DNA from: a virus
Virus record (IMG/VR): IMGVR_UViG_3300027708_000025
Location: 86,108 to 150,107 of that record
Direction: 5' to 3' (one strand)
DNA length: 64,000 nucleotides
Part shown: piece after piece, positions 55,501-64,000 of the stretch
Layout: each line of letters begins with the position of its first letter
Position numbering within the stretch: the stretch's first letter is position 1
The notes under the pieces: model-generated
Databases searched by the model: none
What the model was told of the DNA's origin: nothing
What the model saw: only the letters and a program-made list of their open reading frames with translations
Translations under genes and position numbers: made by a program

Positions 55501-58500
55501 CTCTAAGAAACTCAATGCAGTAAAGTACTCAAGTCTTTCAAGTCTTTCATTCATCTTAGCAACATCACGCATTGTGAAGCGTTTGTTTTTCAGTAATTTA
55601 ATTTTAACTTCAGATGGCAATGATGGATATGCTGGAATGGTTAATTCTGCAATCTCTAACGTATCAGGTTTAGTTGGTGGTGTTTCTGCTCTTTGATTAC
55701 CAGCTTGTGCAGGAACACCATCATTGATACCAAACACGCCACGATTGTTGATGTATACTTTAGAAACTCTACCTTTGTAGTAAATTAAATCTGCATTAAA
55801 ATCTGAACCAGATTCGGGAATACGAAGTCCAAAAGTTGGAACTTGATATGTGCCAACATCAATTGGATTTAAAGATGTGTTTGCAGTTTTAATTGGTCTA
55901 AAATCAATACTGTCACGAAGTTTAAAAATGTTCTTAGTCGTAGGACTTGTGAATATAGGAATGTCGCCAGTTGTGATTGTAGTATTTGATGTTGCGTTGT
56001 CGTCAACTGGATATGAATTGACTGATGTATATCCAACACCTTGAGATGTATCGTGTGTGAAGTTATTAAAGACTGCTAACAATCTACCTGTTGGAACGTA
56101 ACCAGTACTTGGTTTAATTGTTCCATGTTCGTATGCATAGTCACGTTGTCCATTATCTAATGTGTAGTATGCAGTAACGTTTGTGTTTGCTGTAGATGCC
56201 GCAACTGCAAATGATGATGATTGATAAACAGCAGATAGCTGATAGATATCACCATAACCTAAACCAAATGGTCCAGACAATCCATTAATGTGTGTATTTG
56301 GATTAATATTTGCTTGAGTTTGAAAACTTAATGTTTTAATTTTTTCTTTTGCACTTGCTCTGTCCATAGACACAATAACGTCAGCAGTAAATGTTGCGTT
56401 TTCTTTAACATCAATTGCTACTGTTCCAGGAGACGTAACATTAACTGTTCGTGTGGCTCCTGAACCACCATTGCCAGAAAGCGATAAAATTGTTCCTGTT
56501 GGAATAATCTTGGTGAACGTGTTAGCAGTAGAACCAGTTGTATGTGCAGATGTAAGAATCAACGATGTTGCATTTGTGATAGAAGAGACTTGTCTAGTCA
56601 AACTATTGACTTTAATTAGGTCTCCAACATTCAATTGTGTAGTGAATGCTGTTCCACTTCCAGTAACAATAGTATTTGCGGCCGCAATAGTAAGAGTACC
56701 AGTCAATGCAGATGTTTCTACATTTGCGCCTGCATTGTTAACGACAACCATGTAGTAATCGTTTTTCTGTGTAGCATTTAATACATCCGTACCAACAAAT
56801 GTTTCTGTAACAACGTCAGTTGCGACAGTAGCAACACCAGAAGAGAATGAAACTGCAAATTTCTTTTTAAATCTAAATGCAGTTTCAACATTTTGTGCAG
56901 AGTCACGTACTGTTTTAATTGCATCATATGGCAACGGAAAAATCATTGTGCTGAATGATGTTTCTAGTAAAACAGCACCAGCGGCAGTTGTTACAATATC
57001 AGCAAAACGTTTTGGTGTTGCAGAATCATAAATGGAACGAACGTCTTTGAAATCTTTTCCCGAATTCATCACAATATCGTACAAGTAAAAATAGTATCTT
57101 GCATCGGCAGTACCTTTAGTACCACTCACGTATTCAATAGAACGTACTCTTGCAGTACCAATTGCACTACCGGCTACGGTTGCAGTTGAGTGCGCTAAGT
57201 TTGTAATAACTTGCTGTGCTGTATTGTACAGATCAACAGTAGTTGATTCCATAATGTCCCAACCACCAACAACTTCTTTAACTTCAATATATTGTCCATA
57301 ATTGATTTGTGTATTAGTTTGTTGCACGTAAGCTGTGCTAAGACCTTTTTCAATTTCTATTGGAGTTTTTGCAATAATTTGATTTCTATAACCAGAGACA
57401 TAAGATGTAAATGGATCAACTTCAACCAAAAGTAAATCTGTATTACCGCCTTCAGCCGAAGTGTATCTACCACCATTGTTACCATTTTGTAAATGCTCAC
57501 GAACAAAAACAATTGGATCGGACAACGTATAGTTACCAGATTCTTCTTGTGTTCGTTTTGCTAAAACATCTTCCAGTTTACTATCTACAGTAATTGTTTT
57601 TCTTTTTCTTGCAACGCCAGTATCAATTTCTGTAACTGTGATGAATTCATTTTCATCGGTAGTTGCATCTAACGCAATTTTTGTTAGAGTTGTATCAATT
57701 TTTAATCTGTCAGCACCAGGCGCTTGATAGTTTGGTGTGCCCTGTGCATTGTCAACAAGACTTTGATCTTCAATGTAATCAACAAAAGATTTGTTTGGAA
57801 CTAATCCAATTTTATAAGAAGGTTCGTTCGTGTACTTGTCAAGAATAATTGTTTGTGTGGTATGTTTAACAAAATGGTCTGCAACATATACAACACCCTC
57901 AGAGACGGTAATCTTAGAACCGTAGTTATATACTTGTTCTGTAGCAAGTCCCTCATCAACGACATTTCTTACTGCATTTGTTAATGCACCAGCCGCATAG
58001 TATCTACCTGTCGTGTTTGCTGTAAAAATAGTTTCTGAGTTTGCAAATGAAGTATTTGCTCTTTGATCCGAAATGACTGTTATGTTAAGCACTTGATTTA
58101 CACCAGTGCTTAATGTTGTGTTTGCTGTTGTTACGCTTAATGTTCCACTTGTATTTGATACAAAGATTTTATTTACACCCGTAATTGGATCTGTGTAATA
58201 TGCTTCAATTGTTGCAGTATTACCTGTTGAAAAGGTAATTGTATTTCCTGATACAAGTGTAGTTGGTGCAGTATTTACTGTAAGAACTTGTGTTCCATTT
58301 GTCGCATAACTAACAAACAATGTTTTTGGATCATCTCCGTCAATATCGGTAACTAGTCCACAATATGCTTTGATACCGCTGTTTGCACCATAAACTATAC
58401 TACCATTAAAGTCTTCAACATCAACTGCGCTACCATTGTAGTTTGTTTGAAGTTTAACAAAACTTAAATTTAAGTCTAGATTTTGTTCACACCCGTCAAC

Positions 58501-58698
58501 TAATGCGCCTTGCTTGAAAAAATATTCAGCAAAGCGTCTAGTTTGCACTTGTTGAAGAGTTTGTGCTTGTGTAAGTTCTCTAGCCTGAACAGCACGTCCA
58601 GGACGATAAAGAACCCTTACAAACTTTTTATCTTCATCATAATCATCAAAGTATGGGCTTGTGTTTAAGTCCACTCCACCAGGATTTGTATTTGCCAT
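52546..58698 (-). CDS. Large baseplate/tail structural protein (DUF4815-like)
   Basis: LNTSPYFDDY, PGRAVQARELTQ, APGADR, RLEYFTAL..LE, RFKNG..VD.F and DPLSQSF motifs; 2050 aa. Confidence 0.85.
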   Translation of the reverse strand: MANTNPGGVDLNTSPYFDDYDEDKKFVRVLYRPGRAVQARELTQAQTLQQVQTRRFAEYFFKQGALVDGCEQNLDLNLSFVKLQTNYNGSAVDVEDFNGSIVYGANSGIKAYCGLVTDIDGDDPKTLFVSYATNGTQVLTVNTAPTTLVSGNTITFSTGNTATIEAYYTDPITGVNKIFVSNTSGTLSVTTANTTLSTGVNQVLNITVISDQRANTSFANSETIFTANTTGRYYAAGALTNAVRNVVDEGLATEQVYNYGSKITVSEGVVYVADHFVKHTTQTIILDKYTNEPSYKIGLVPNKSFVDYIEDQSLVDNAQGTPNYQAPGADRLKIDTTLTKIALDATTDENEFITVTEIDTGVARKRKTITVDSKLEDVLAKRTQEESGNYTLSDPIVFVREHLQNGNNGGRYTSAEGGNTDLLLVEVDPFTSYVSGYRNQIIAKTPIEIEKGLSTAYVQQTNTQINYGQYIEVKEVVGGWDIMESTTVDLYNTAQQVITNLAHSTATVAGSAIGTARVRSIEYVSGTKGTADARYYFYLYDIVMNSGKDFKDVRSIYDSATPKRFADIVTTAAGAVLLETSFSTMIFPLPYDAIKTVRDSAQNVETAFRFKKKFAVSFSSGVATVATDVVTETFVGTDVLNATQKNDYYMVVVNNAGANVETSALTGTLTIAAANTIVTGSGTAFTTQLNVGDLIKVNSLTRQVSSITNATSLILTSAHTTGSTANTFTKIIPTGTILSLSGNGGSGATRTVNVTSPGTVAIDVKENATFTADVIVSMDRASAKEKIKTLSFQTQANINPNTHINGLSGPFGLGYGDIYQLSAVYQSSSFAVAASTANTNVTAYYTLDNGQRDYAYEHGTIKPSTGYVPTGRLLAVFNNFTHDTSQGVGYTSVNSYPVDDNATSNTTITTGDIPIFTSPTTKNIFKLRDSIDFRPIKTANTSLNPIDVGTYQVPTFGLRIPESGSDFNADLIYYKGRVSKVYINNRGVFGINDGVPAQAGNQRAETPPTKPDTLEIAELTIPAYPSLPSEVKIKLLKNKRFTMRDVAKMNERLERLEYFTALSFLEKQATDTTELDADGLDRFKNGILVDPFTGWAIASTSDDGKNCSIDKKNKFLTCLQNNSNTAGLRYSTTTSTTTINSGNKVMLPYSEVEAPGLKQAYASKQLRLAEELNFVWTGELSVMPFTDNFFETQNDIDKAVVYNDDNGADNWKALQNAWNTEVAPLNQKWLGGTQQTGIVAGTNQTTQVGTNMVTTALQQTTQVAYNQLASGNQSTASTQDVKFDRVVQVEAALWMRQREFVIQARGLKNSARVYAFFDGINVTANCYQIELIGASTTLQTLNSKFAVNTATGLIELGDENVSWRTIADGANTSQPLIVKNNQIYLLFQVPSTKFYTGQREFKITDSPTNSESTTLTSARNNIYAQGIIQRTGTVTINSRPFNVSFNNTNNITNLGRKVVSQQRVETASVPIPPPPVRSTDPLSQSFYVDPDTYPKGFYLTSIDLFFKSKSQDNNRNVTMEIRELENGYPSPQFVSDGDIALVNNRNIAISDDATSATKFTFKNPIYLNAGNDYCFAVKPENNDPDYAIWVAELGAIDITNPDKQTRIEQAYNSGLLFTSSTDRTWTAKQNIDMKFTMRVAEFSTSAKLAYWTNISVPTAFTYDALTPAISDQILPGTSISYDIKTADSTYAVDSDYTTLKNYERLILRSRKQISTTTAETANAFKSLQVRATLSTTNKFISPYIDDENIIFHFDKNVINNSYETAITGTVRYGSSNNIVVGSGTSFTTEVFPGEYAYFGDEYRRIASVSNNTYLTVTNNFTTANAVSQAMTIRNEENPTGPYSSESRYITKVVTLNDGFEATDLVTYLRINRPPGTSIKVYAKLLNENDTDAFDDKFYTPMELVGTETFTLNQNEYKEEKFIVPSATKTGGSELLSGTVATSNTSTTVTGTSTRFIEDLKIGDTIAVGLARTERVVSTIANNTSLTVESVYSTISSGENVFRVLNNTVAYTTPDGRTFQGYKYFAIKIVFLSGNPSYAAKVKDLRGIALA

Positions 58699-58727
58699 TT
58701 ATTTTTCAAGCCTACGTTTTTTTAAAA

Positions 58728-60008
58728 TTAGAATTGAATAACTAGTTTAACGTCTTCAATTTGGTCAGATGCTCTTGCAATTGGCACACGATTTTCAACA
58801 TATATAATGTCGCCAGTATAAGGTTGTAAACCTGGAGTTGTAATAACTGCAATTGTTCCTGTTGCACCAGATGTTCCACCAGTTACGCTTGTTGAGTTAG
58901 CAAACGCTCTGTGTACTGGCAATGTTGTGAACAAGTTTGGTGTTGTGAATTCAATGAGAGATGCTGTGTTAGAACCGCTAGTGATAGTTTCGTCTACTGT
59001 GAATGTACCAGAGATTCCAGACAATTGATATTTGTATGATTGTCTGAAAGAAGAAGCAACTGCTCTAGTTGTTGTGCCATACAAATATGGATCACGAACG
59101 ATACCAACTTGACGGAATTCGTTAGCTACAGAGAATGTATTAGATTCAGTACCATCTAAACGAACGTTCAACATAATATACTTACCACCGAGTTCTTCAA
59201 CTGCATCAGCACCATGCCCACCTTTTGGTGAAATGATTGCTGTTGCGGCAGCCGCACCAGATGCAAATGTGACAGATGCTCTTGTGTATCCTGTACCAGC
59301 CGCTGTAATTGTAACTGCTGTAACCACGTTAGCAGTAATTGTAGAATTAGCTGTTGCGCCAGTACCATCACCAGTAATCGTAACTGCTGGCGCACTAGCA
59401 TATCCAGTACCACCTGCTGTTACTTTAACAACGTGAATACCACCATCAACTGCGGCCGTTTGAACATCCCATTGATCTTCACCACCGTCAGAAGCTAATG
59501 TCTGAACCGGAATATAATCGTTAGTTAAGAATTTCAATGCTTTGGCAGTCGTAACTGTATACATGTATTTCCAAATGTATCCGTCTGCGGCTGTAAATGG
59601 TGATGTGCTTACGCCTGTTGGTTTTGTTGTTGATGCCGCACCGCTTGCATTCCACAAACATTTGTAAACGTTATAGTCTTCAGTCATAACATAGAAGTTG
59701 TCAGATTCAATTAAATTTGTATCTGTATCGTCATAGTACACATATACTGTGCCAGAAGTCCAATCATATCTTGGAGCCGCATGTGTTACGTCTGATGAGG
59801 TAATTCGTTTTGCGGCATACATATCACGCCATGGAGCATATTCAACGTTAGCTGTTGAATTTACTGGAGTTGGAGGACTATTGTCATTTGTCCATGCATT
59901 ATTTTTGCCAACAAACAAATACATGACAGTATTTGATGTTTCAGTAAATGCTTCGGCAAATTGCTGTGCATTATGTACTCTAAATTTGCTTGTTACGAGA
60001 GAAGCCAT
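58728..60008 (-). CDS. gp8: Baseplate wedge subunit
   Basis: VYKCL.N, DGYIWKYMYT, P.GGHG, FRQ.G...DP and EDVKLVIQF motifs. Confidence 0.92.
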   Translation of the reverse strand: MASLVTSKFRVHNAQQFAEAFTETSNTVMYLFVGKNNAWTNDNSPPTPVNSTANVEYAPWRDMYAAKRITSSDVTHAAPRYDWTSGTVYVYYDDTDTNLIESDNFYVMTEDYNVYKCLWNASGAASTTKPTGVSTSPFTAADGYIWKYMYTVTTAKALKFLTNDYIPVQTLASDGGEDQWDVQTAAVDGGIHVVKVTAGGTGYASAPAVTITGDGTGATANSTITANVVTAVTITAAGTGYTRASVTFASGAAAATAIISPKGGHGADAVEELGGKYIMLNVRLDGTESNTFSVANEFRQVGIVRDPYLYGTTTRAVASSFRQSYKYQLSGISGTFTVDETITSGSNTASLIEFTTPNLFTTLPVHRAFANSTSVTGGTSGATGTIAVITTPGLQPYTGDIIYVENRVPIARASDQIEDVKLVIQF

Positions 60009-60048
60009 GTTGTTTGTCCTTTACTGTGATAGTAGTATTTTATCTACT

Positions 60049-60056
60049 TATTTATA
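60049..60056 (-). promoter_or_regulatory. T4-type late promoter
   Basis: TATAAATA upstream of gp8. Confidence 0.8.
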
Positions 60057-60072
60057 CAATGCTTTATTGATT

Positions 60073-62742
60073 TTATGGTCCAGCTATAATTTTATATGCA
60101 GGAACATTGGTATACGGGCTTGATGGAGGAACATAAATGTCCATCTCAGTATTACTCAAAAGAAGACTTACTTTACCGAATTCATTATTTGCCAAAAATG
60201 TATCATTGACAGCAAAATCTAATAAAAGATTAGTACCTGTTCCAATGACATGATTCACGCTAGATGAGAATGTAGCCAATTGAAGAGCCGATATTTGAGT
60301 ATTTGCATAGGTAGATATTTGTGCCAATGAATATGCATACGATGAAAAACTAATTGTTCCGTTAATTAATTTCCAAACAGGAATATATGTCTTAGTAGGT
60401 AATATAGTAGTATCAAAATTTAAAGTTGAATAGCCTTCTATTTGTTCTGCCGAAAGCCAAAAAATTGGAAGATCACCAATTTTATATGATGTTATGATGT
60501 TACTTACTATAGTTTTTACATTACCTATGTAGGAATATATTGTTCCAGTTAAATCTAACGCATCAACTTCTACATGGAAATCAAGTTTACTAGAAACACC
60601 AAAATCTGTAGAAATCAAACTACGATTTGGAGATATTGTCAACTTCTCATTAGTCCCAATAGCAGTATTGGCATTCAAACTAAATATTCGATTTGCTTTA
60701 CTTTGAGAATTTACAATTGAATGTTGAACGTCTATTTCAGAAAGTATATCTACTATATATTCATTAATATTTTCAATTGTAGTTATTGTGCTACTCATCA
60801 ACATTGACACATCAATTTGATTGTACAGTAGAATTTCACCAAAAGATTGCAATCCAGCAGGATGAATAACTGCCTTTAATGTATCAGAATATGTTCTAAA
60901 TGCTAATCCACTCTTAATAACGTAAGAGTAGTCTTGATAGTAATAAGAGTCTTGAATAATTTTGTAATTAACTTTACCATCATCATTTAGAAAAACACCT
61001 TCTCTAATTCCAAGGCCAGCAACAACTGAAACAAGATTTGCATTGCCATCACCAATAGCAGATGCAGATACATTGGCCGCACTATAGTTAATGCCAAAAT
61101 TTGTAATTTGAACAGCACGAATAGAACCAATACCTGTGACATTGTTTGCTGTGTCTATACTAACATTTGCACTCTTACCTTGAATGTTTGTTGCAATTAA
61201 ATTTGCACTAGAACCAGTTGTTGTAGATATAGTAATTGAAGGTAAATTTGCTGAAGTGTATCCAGTACCAAAGTTGGTTAACTCAATACGTTTGATTGGA
61301 CCTTTTACTGCCCAATCTTGATTTTTAATAATATCGTAGTAACTACCATCAGCTAACATTCGTTGCCCATCTTCAAAAAGAAGATCGTATGTAGTAGTTT
61401 CTGTGACAGATGCAATTTGTCCGGCTGCGTTTGTACCAGCGCCGCCAGTAAATATGAGTGTATTCCCAACGCCATAGTTAGAACCAGCATTGACAATTGT
61501 AATTAGATTGTTGGACAACAATCCCAAAGAAGAAATTGTTGTGTCTTGTAATGTGACGGTTGGTTTTTTGAAATATCCCTCACCTCTATTGATAATAGAT
61601 ATTCCAGAAATTTCACCAACAGTATATGTATTTGCGCCAGAAGTTACTGTGTATGTGTTTGCAAGTTCAGAAACTTTAAAAAGAAAACCACTACCACCAG
61701 TTCCGCTGTTGTTGATTACTGCTTCAGTATTTAATCTATAACCATGCCCAATTGTATTTACTTTTAATGCACTAATTGGAGATTCTTTGATTGATGAGAC
61801 TATGGCTTGGGCTTCGGATCCATCACCAGTAATGGTAATAATATTACCTTCTTGATATCCAGAACCACCATCAACAACTGTAATACCCGATACAATACCA
61901 TAGATTGTTGTAGATAAATCTTCATCATCAATATTAACAATATCTTCACCGGCAGTAAACGTACCGCTGACGAGTTTGAGTGTCATCTCAGCAATTTCTA
62001 ACGAACCAATAAAGAACTTTTTAATGTCAACTACGTTTGCAAGAACACCAGAAGTCTGCCCACGAATAGTTTTATTTAAGAATAAAAATATATCTCTAGT
62101 GTCGGCTGATATTGCAACCGTTCTGATAATTTGAGTCTTTTCAAAATTACCATCCGATATACGAAGAAGGTCAGTTCCTGGATAATAAAATTCAATGTCT
62201 TCATCGTATAGAAGTTTGAATAAAAATCTATAGGATTGTTCATTACTCTTTGACTGATAAAAGTCTTTAAAGTATTGTGCTATAAGTCTTTTATCACCAT
62301 AATATGATGCAGGTATACTAGGATACAATTCCTCTCTAAGATATTCAACATATTTGTCAACAGATGTTTCAAGCGTTTTATAATTTAATAAGTTACCAGT
62401 TGCACGCCCAACATTATCTTTAAGTGAATTGATGGTTGCAGTTGCACTTGATGTTTGCCCATTGATAATTTCTTTATAATTAAATATTGTTCTTGATACT
62501 AATTGAACAACAATAGAACTGGTTTTAACTTCTACAATTGTAGCTGATGCACCAGAAGACGCACCAACAACAGTTTCACCAACTACAAATGTTCCAGTTG
62601 TACTGGTTAGTGTTAGAGTTGTAGATTGCATCCACTCATAGTATGCTTTTATAAACAGCAAGAATCGTTCCGTATCAACGGAAGAATTCTCACCTATAAA
62701 TGAGCCTACATTTAATGAGGGCTTGAAAAATGCATCATTCAT
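60073..62742 (-). CDS. gp7: Baseplate wedge initiator (gp7-like)
   Basis: F..FIKAYYEW, DFYQSK...S..FLF..LY, IQDSYYYQDYSYVIKS and HPAG motifs; between gp6 and gp8. Confidence 0.8.
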   Translation of the reverse strand: MNDAFFKPSLNVGSFIGENSSVDTERFLLFIKAYYEWMQSTTLTLTSTTGTFVVGETVVGASSGASATIVEVKTSSIVVQLVSRTIFNYKEIINGQTSSATATINSLKDNVGRATGNLLNYKTLETSVDKYVEYLREELYPSIPASYYGDKRLIAQYFKDFYQSKSNEQSYRFLFKLLYDEDIEFYYPGTDLLRISDGNFEKTQIIRTVAISADTRDIFLFLNKTIRGQTSGVLANVVDIKKFFIGSLEIAEMTLKLVSGTFTAGEDIVNIDDEDLSTTIYGIVSGITVVDGGSGYQEGNIITITGDGSEAQAIVSSIKESPISALKVNTIGHGYRLNTEAVINNSGTGGSGFLFKVSELANTYTVTSGANTYTVGEISGISIINRGEGYFKKPTVTLQDTTISSLGLLSNNLITIVNAGSNYGVGNTLIFTGGAGTNAAGQIASVTETTTYDLLFEDGQRMLADGSYYDIIKNQDWAVKGPIKRIELTNFGTGYTSANLPSITISTTTGSSANLIATNIQGKSANVSIDTANNVTGIGSIRAVQITNFGINYSAANVSASAIGDGNANLVSVVAGLGIREGVFLNDDGKVNYKIIQDSYYYQDYSYVIKSGLAFRTYSDTLKAVIHPAGLQSFGEILLYNQIDVSMLMSSTITTIENINEYIVDILSEIDVQHSIVNSQSKANRIFSLNANTAIGTNEKLTISPNRSLISTDFGVSSKLDFHVEVDALDLTGTIYSYIGNVKTIVSNIITSYKIGDLPIFWLSAEQIEGYSTLNFDTTILPTKTYIPVWKLINGTISFSSYAYSLAQISTYANTQISALQLATFSSSVNHVIGTGTNLLLDFAVNDTFLANNEFGKVSLLLSNTEMDIYVPPSSPYTNVPAYKIIAGP

Positions 62743-62744
62743 TT

Positions 62745-64000
62745 TTATCTGCTAACTAAACTAATTGATTTATCATCAACCATTGTGACTGTAATATCTG
62801 CATCTCTAATTGAAATAATCTGACCTCTTAATGGAAGAATGTCTTTGTCTTGAGGTGTTGCAGTTATTTTTAATGTTGTGCCACCATCATTGAACGCAGT
62901 TGGTGCAAAGTTAGTTAATATAATTTTACCTGTAACGTAATTAATTGTACCCGCATTAACAGATACCGCAACGTTTTCAATGCCTAGTACTCTGTAGATA
63001 CGAATTAAACCATTGTTATCTTCTAAAAAACAGTTTGAAAACCCACCCAAAGTAAATGCATTGGATGTGATTTTATTACCAACACCAAATGATTGAGTTG
63101 TTGGTCTTCCATCTGTTGCATTGTCAATTGCATTTGAGAAATTAATCTCATATCGTGTACCTACACCTAATTGAACGTCAATTTCTTTTCGCATTTGTGC
63201 TGTAGTAACACTACTTAAGATTGATCTTTCTGAAACGTCAATCAGCCTAGATAATTTTGAATATCTAAAATATTTTGAGAATTGATTGATTTCATCTGTA
63301 TTGTACGTTTTAATTGTGTCAATTACAAGTTGTTCAATTTCAGCCGCAGTTGATATTGTTGCATCAGACTGATACTTCACAGTCGCACCAACAATAATAT
63401 ATGTATATTCGGGATCAACAATTTCTGTAGATATAGTTAAAACTTTTTTCGGGTTGATTACAGAATTAATCAAATTGAGTTTTTCTGTTGCCGTCAATAC
63501 ATCACCAACGGTAGGTTTAACTGCAATGAATACTTTACCATATGTTGGTGGATCATTGTCTTCACCACCCCAAACAATGCAAGAATCTACAGTAGATTGT
63601 TGTAGCATCAATGTTGTATAATCATCGGCTGTTACAGCACGATTTTGCGCTTCATATGATTTTGACGCATTAAATTTAATTTTACTAATTGTTTCTCTGT
63701 CTGCGCCACCAACGGCTGGATCAGATGAAACAAAGGTAATTGTTGTTACGCCAGCAATAGCATCTGCATATGTCAATGTCTCAATGTCGTTTGCCGAAGA
63801 ACCATTAGACACAAGATACTCAAGAACAACAATATTGCCTGCATCTAACGCTACACCAAAAACACCATCACCAAATTTAATTTCAAATTGTCCATCTTCA
63901 ACTTCTTCAATGTAATAAACTTTAGTCGTGGCTGTAACTTCAACTAAATTGGCAACTTTTGAAAATGTTCGTGTTGTGCTGTCTGTAGAAGAATTTAAAA
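62745..64000 (-). CDS. gp6: Baseplate wedge subunit (5' end outside the window)
   Basis: Frame open to the window edge (..FEIKFGDGVFG..EYLVSNG); QNRAVTADDY, WGGEDNDPP.YGKVFI and GTINY.TG motifs. Confidence 0.94.
   Translation of the reverse strand, partial: LNSSTDSTTRTFSKVANLVEVTATTKVYYIEEVEDGQFEIKFGDGVFGVALDAGNIVVLEYLVSNGSSANDIETLTYADAIAGVTTITFVSSDPAVGGADRETISKIKFNASKSYEAQNRAVTADDYTTLMLQQSTVDSCIVWGGEDNDPPTYGKVFIAVKPTVGDVLTATEKLNLINSVINPKKVLTISTEIVDPEYTYIIVGATVKYQSDATISTAAEIEQLVIDTIKTYNTDEINQFSKYFRYSKLSRLIDVSERSILSSVTTAQMRKEIDVQLGVGTRYEINFSNAIDNATDGRPTTQSFGVGNKITSNAFTLGGFSNCFLEDNNGLIRIYRVLGIENVAVSVNAGTINYVTGKIILTNFAPTAFNDGGTTLKITATPQDKDILPLRGQIISIRDADITVTMVDDKSISLVSR

Noticed and set aside
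163-61741. All plus-strand ORFs in the track (e.g. 27248-27808, 31472-32020, 40136-40639)
   Set aside because: Each lies antisense to a well-supported minus-strand gene and shows no recognisable motif; they are mirror frames of biased codon usage.
1-64000. Alternative genetic code or stop-codon reassignment
   Set aside because: Core genes translate full-length in the standard code and tile the window densely.

Overview
64-kb AT-rich segment of a T4-like (T4 superfamily) myovirus genome. Essentially every real gene is on the minus strand. In transcription order (right to left): baseplate wedge (gp6 partial, gp7-like, gp8); a 2050-aa tail/baseplate protein; an array of glycine-rich/LamG/SPRY adhesin-like genes; neck and tail completion (gp13-15); terminase (gp16/17); sheath gp18; two gp19 tail-tube paralogues; portal gp20; an inserted collagen-fibre module; prohead core/protease/scaffold/major capsid (gp67/68/21/22/23); gp3; uvsY/uvsW; late sigma gp55; gp47/46; a block of peptide deformylase, GNAT-like/2OG-Fe(II) fusion, PLP enzyme, Zn-finger protein, dCMP deaminase and amino-methyltransferase; a VWA-peptidase/MoxR-AAA pair; a glycosyltransferase; gp45/dsbA/gp44/gp62/regA; a stress island (Dps, secreted Lys/Ala-rich protein, wHTH, Hsp20, three coupled micro-ORFs); and DNA polymerase gp43. 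T4 late promoters (TATAAATA) precede structural genes and sigma70-type promoters precede replication and accessory genes. No tRNA, rRNA, CRISPR array, integrase, intron or intein was seen. The host cannot be determined; a proteobacterium is plausible but this is inference. Best leads: (1) the candidate DNA-hypermodification operon at 14.2-18.9 kb; (2) a structured RNA plus ROSE-like thermometer ahead of hsp20; (3) an attenuator-like switch and antisense sigma70 promoter upstream of the portal gene; (4) the modular polyglycine adhesin array. All family assignments come from motif recognition by eye, not from database searches.
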